The position numbers were made by a program, and so were the translations under genes. From positions 22,322,001 through 22,386,000 of the forward strand of contig CM052818.1 in the NCBI GenBank assembly GCA_028534125.1: 64,000 bases of DNA. The letters are read 5' to 3'. The notes under the pieces are model-generated. The model did not search any database and was not told the DNA's origin. It was given only the letters and a program-made list of their open reading frames with translations. Every line of letters starts with the position of its first letter. Within the stretch, counting starts at the first letter, position 1. Origin of the DNA: Lama glama (lineage: Eukaryota). Shown one piece after another: positions 61,212 to 64,000 of this stretch.

Positions 61212-61658
61212 CATGATGGTTAATTTTATGTGTCAGTTTGACTAGGCCATGGAGTGCCCAGATGATTGGTCAAACATTATTCTGAGTGTTTCTGTGAAGG
61301 TATTTTTGAATGCGATTAGTATTTAAATTGGTAGACCAGTAAATTGACCTCCATAATGTGGGTGGGCCTCATCTAATCAGTTGAAGGCTTGAATAGAGCA
61401 AAAGGCTGACCTTCTCCTGAGCAAGAGAGAATTCTTTTGTCTGAGAGATTTCAAACTGGGACAGCAGCTTTTCCTGCTTCTACAGCAGCCTGTCAGCCTT
61501 CAGACTCGAACTGGGACAGTGGCTCTGCAGGTTTTGGACTTACCAGCTTCCATAACTGCATAATTCCTTATGATAAACTTCCTTATCTGTAGAGCTAGAT
61601 CTAGATCTATAGATAAATGCTGTTCATTTTGTTTCTTTGGAGAACCCTAAATAATACA
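61212..61658 (+). mobile_element. MLT2-type LTR
   Basis: TGATGGTTAATTTTATGTGTCAGTTTGACTAGGCCA...GTGCCCAGAT...GTGGGTGGGCCTCATCTAATCAGTTGAAGGC...GTTTCTTTGGAGAACCCTAAATAATACA. Confidence 0.9.
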
Positions 61659-63208
61659 GATCAAGGTAATGAGAATAGGGCACTGATAGAGCAAAAACTT
61701 AGAAACATGGAAGTGGCTTTTGAACTGGGTAATAGGTAGAGGCTAGAAAAGTTTTGAGATGCATGCTAGAAAAATTGTAGATAGCTCAGTTGTAGAACAC
61801 ATGCTTAGGATGCACAAGGTCCTGGGTTCAATCCCCAGTATCTCCATTAAATGAATGAATGAATGAATGAATAAACCTAATTAGCTCTTCCACCACCACC
61901 ACCACCACACACACACACACACACACACACACATTAAAAAAAAAATCCTAGATTACCGTGAAGGGACTGTTGGTGGAAATAGGAACATTAAAGGCGATTT
62001 TGGTGAAGACTTAGAAAAAGGGAGAGCTGGAGAGAAAGCCGGAGAGAGTAGTTGTACCATTATGAAGAGAACGCTGCTGGAATGTGGACAGTAATGCTGC
62101 TTCCAGTGAGCTCTCAGGGGGAACATGGTATTGGAAGTTTGGGGAAAGGTGATCCTTGTTATAAATTAGCAAAGAACTTGGCTCAACTGTGTTCCAGTGT
62201 TATGTGGAAGGCAGAACTTGTGTGTGATAACCTCAGCTATTCGTCAGAAGAACTTTCTAAGCAAAATGTTGACAATGGATACTGCCTATAGTAAAATGTG
62301 AGAGGAAAGAGATAAATTGAAGGAATTGTTAAGCAAAAAGTATCCAGAATTTGAAGATTCGGAAAATGTTCAGCCTACTCATATTTCGAAAAATAAGAAA
62401 GCAGCGTTCTGGAGAGAACACCAAAGGTGTGGCTGGATGATCATTCCATATAAAGATTACCCACAAATGTAATCAGCTGTCTCAGCTGAAGCCAGGGAGA
62501 GAGATGGCATGATACCAGCAGAATCCCTGTCAGCTGGAACGAAAGAGAGGCGAGAAAGAGAAAACGGAGTGAAGAAAGGCTGTTGGATTTGCGGGATCTA
62601 CAAGACAGGACAGCTTCAGACATGATTATCCCTCAAGAAAGGGGGAAAATGACCATGAAGATGATGGAGAGATCATCAGGGCTGCCACTCCCACCCCAGG
62701 CCCAGGGGACAAGAATGCTTCCTCCTTGTTTCAGGGGGTGGGGCCAACTCCTCAGTTCCAGAGGGCCAGGATGCCATCAGGATCGAGGCTGCGCAGTAGA
62801 GCTGAGTGCGCAAGGCCACTGCCCAGGGTTGTGGGGGTGATGCTCCTCCCTCAGTGGGCATGGAGGGTAGGACATTGAGCTAAAGAAGGTCATTCTGGAC
62901 CCTTAAGATCAAATGGAATCTGCCTTGCTAGTTTTGGGCTGGCTTGAGACCTATTACCCCTTTCTTTTCAATTTCTCCCTTTTGGAATGGGAGTGTCTGC
63001 ACCATGCCTGCCTCACCATTGTGTTTTGGAAGTACGTAACTCATCTGGTTTCAGAGGTTCCCAGCTGGAAAAGAAATTTGCCTCAGGATGAATCATACTT
63101 CAAGTCTCACCCATACCTGATTTAAATGACATTTAGTGAGACTTTGGACTTGGAATTGATGCTGAAATTGATTAAGACTTTGGGTGCTGTTGGATTGGGG
63201 TGAAGGTA
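61659..63208 (+). mobile_element. MaLR-type internal region (MLT-int-like)
   Basis: ATGGAAGTGGCTTTTGAACTGGGTAATAGGTAGAGGCTAGAAAAGTTTTGAG; AAAGGTGATCCTTGTTATAAATTAGCAAAGAACTTGGCT; GAGACTTTGGACTT...GATGCTGAAATTGATTAAGACTTTGGG. Confidence 0.8.
61781..61945 (+). mobile_element. tRNA-derived SINE (vic-1-like) inserted in the LTR-element interior, with a (GAAT)n, (CAC)n, (CA)n tail
   Basis: ATAGCTCAGTTGTAGAACACATGCTTAGGATGCACAAGGTCCTGGGTTCAATCCCCAGTA...AAACCTAATTAGCTC; flanks AAAAATTGTAGAT / AAAAATCCTAGAT. Confidence 0.9.
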
Positions 63209-63390
63209 CACAGAGTAAAGGCCAAGAAGGTGCATCTGCCAGCCGAAGAGACAGGTCTCACCAGAAACCAACCTGGCTGGCACCATGACCTTGGGCTTCC
63301 AGCCGCCAGAGCTATGAGAAGATCAATTTCTGTTGTTTAAGCCACTCGGTCTGTGAGATTTTATTACAGCAGCCCAAGCAGACTAATGCA
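63209..63390 (+). mobile_element. MLT1A-type LTR, 3' half
   Basis: CTCACCAGAAACCAACCTGGCTGGCACCATGACCTTGGGCTTCCAGCCGCCAGAGCTATGAGAAGATCAATTTCTGTTGTTTAAGCCAC...GCAGCCCAAGCAGACTAATGCA. Confidence 0.88.
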
Positions 63391-63444
63391 ATGCCCCGTA
63401 ACAGCTGATGATGAAGGGCCATGCAGACTTGGATTTCAATTCTA

Positions 63445-64000
63445 GCATTCGCTGATTCAATCACTTTTAAGTTCTACTATGTGTCAGGCACTGTCAGACA
63501 CTGGTTTTCAATGACAAGCAACATGGTCAAAATTCCTGGCCTCGTGGAGCTTAAAGTCATATGAGGGAGATGACCTTCATCAAAATTCCTCAAAGAGACA
63601 TAAAATAATAACAATGGTTAATGTTATAGGGGGATGTCCTCTAGTCAAAAAGGTCAGGGAAGAGTTCTTGGAGAAGCGACATCAGACCTGAGATGTGAAG
63701 AGTGATTAGAGTAAACCAGGTGGAAGAGGGAAGGACGGTGTTCCACGCAGAAGGAACAGCATGTGCAAAGGGTGCTCTCGCCAAGGAGGGAGCTGGAGGG
63801 CATTCCGGGGAAGGGAAGAAGGCCGCCCTGACTTCCTGGAATGGAGAGAGGAGGGGCAGGCGAAAGAGGCTGGATCTCTCACTGAGCTGTCCTAACCTGG
63901 GAGTTGGTGAGGCCAGATAGGCGTTGATTGGTCCACGGCTGCCATGTGGAGGAAGAGCTGTGTGGAGACTGGCGGGGAGGCTATTGCAAGAGCCCAGGAG
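63445..64000 (-). mobile_element. L2 3' portion (runs to window end)
   Basis: CTACTATGTGTCAGGCACTGT...CCTGGCCTCGTGGAGCTTA...GGTCAGGGAAG...GCAGAAGGAACAGCATGTGCAAAGG. Confidence 0.85.

Noticed and set aside
1..64000. Hundreds of 60-285 aa ORFs in the six-frame track
   Set aside because: Pro/Gly/Ser/Leu-rich, overlapping on both strands, many with non-ATG starts and no recognisable domains, as expected by chance in GC-rich mammalian DNA. Only the RPL17, RPL23A and L1 ORF2 remnants have homology I recognise.
1..64000. CpG-island promoter and identity of the host or neighbouring gene
   Set aside because: No extended CpG island and no recognisable coding exon, so the locus cannot be named from the sequence alone.

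Overview
This is eukaryotic, eutherian non-coding DNA (intergenic or deep intronic). It is GC-rich and densely filled with old MIR, L2, MLT and MER repeats. Five copies of a short tRNA-derived SINE (head GGGGAGGGTATAGCTCAGTGGTAGAG...) resemble the camelid vic-1 family, and I recognised no Alu, Bov-tA/BovB, PRE-1 or Can-SINE, so a camelid genome is likely (inference). I found no intact protein-coding gene. The only ORF-track entries with recognisable homology are two disabled processed pseudogenes (RPL17 ~42.1-42.7 kb, RPL23A ~57.6-58.1 kb) and an L1 ORF2 C-terminal fragment. Best observations: a four-layer nested insertion (MIR > MLT1 > MER45 > RPL17 retrocopy), an apparently chimeric LTR element at 61.2-63.4 kb, twin MEF2 + double E-box modules, a candidate steroid-receptor enhancer with two near-perfect palindromic sites, several motif-dense repeat-free segments and a few strong orphan splice-site pairs. 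I see no support for a new prokaryote-style system. Repeat family names come from remembered consensus sequences, and boundaries of old repeats are approximate.
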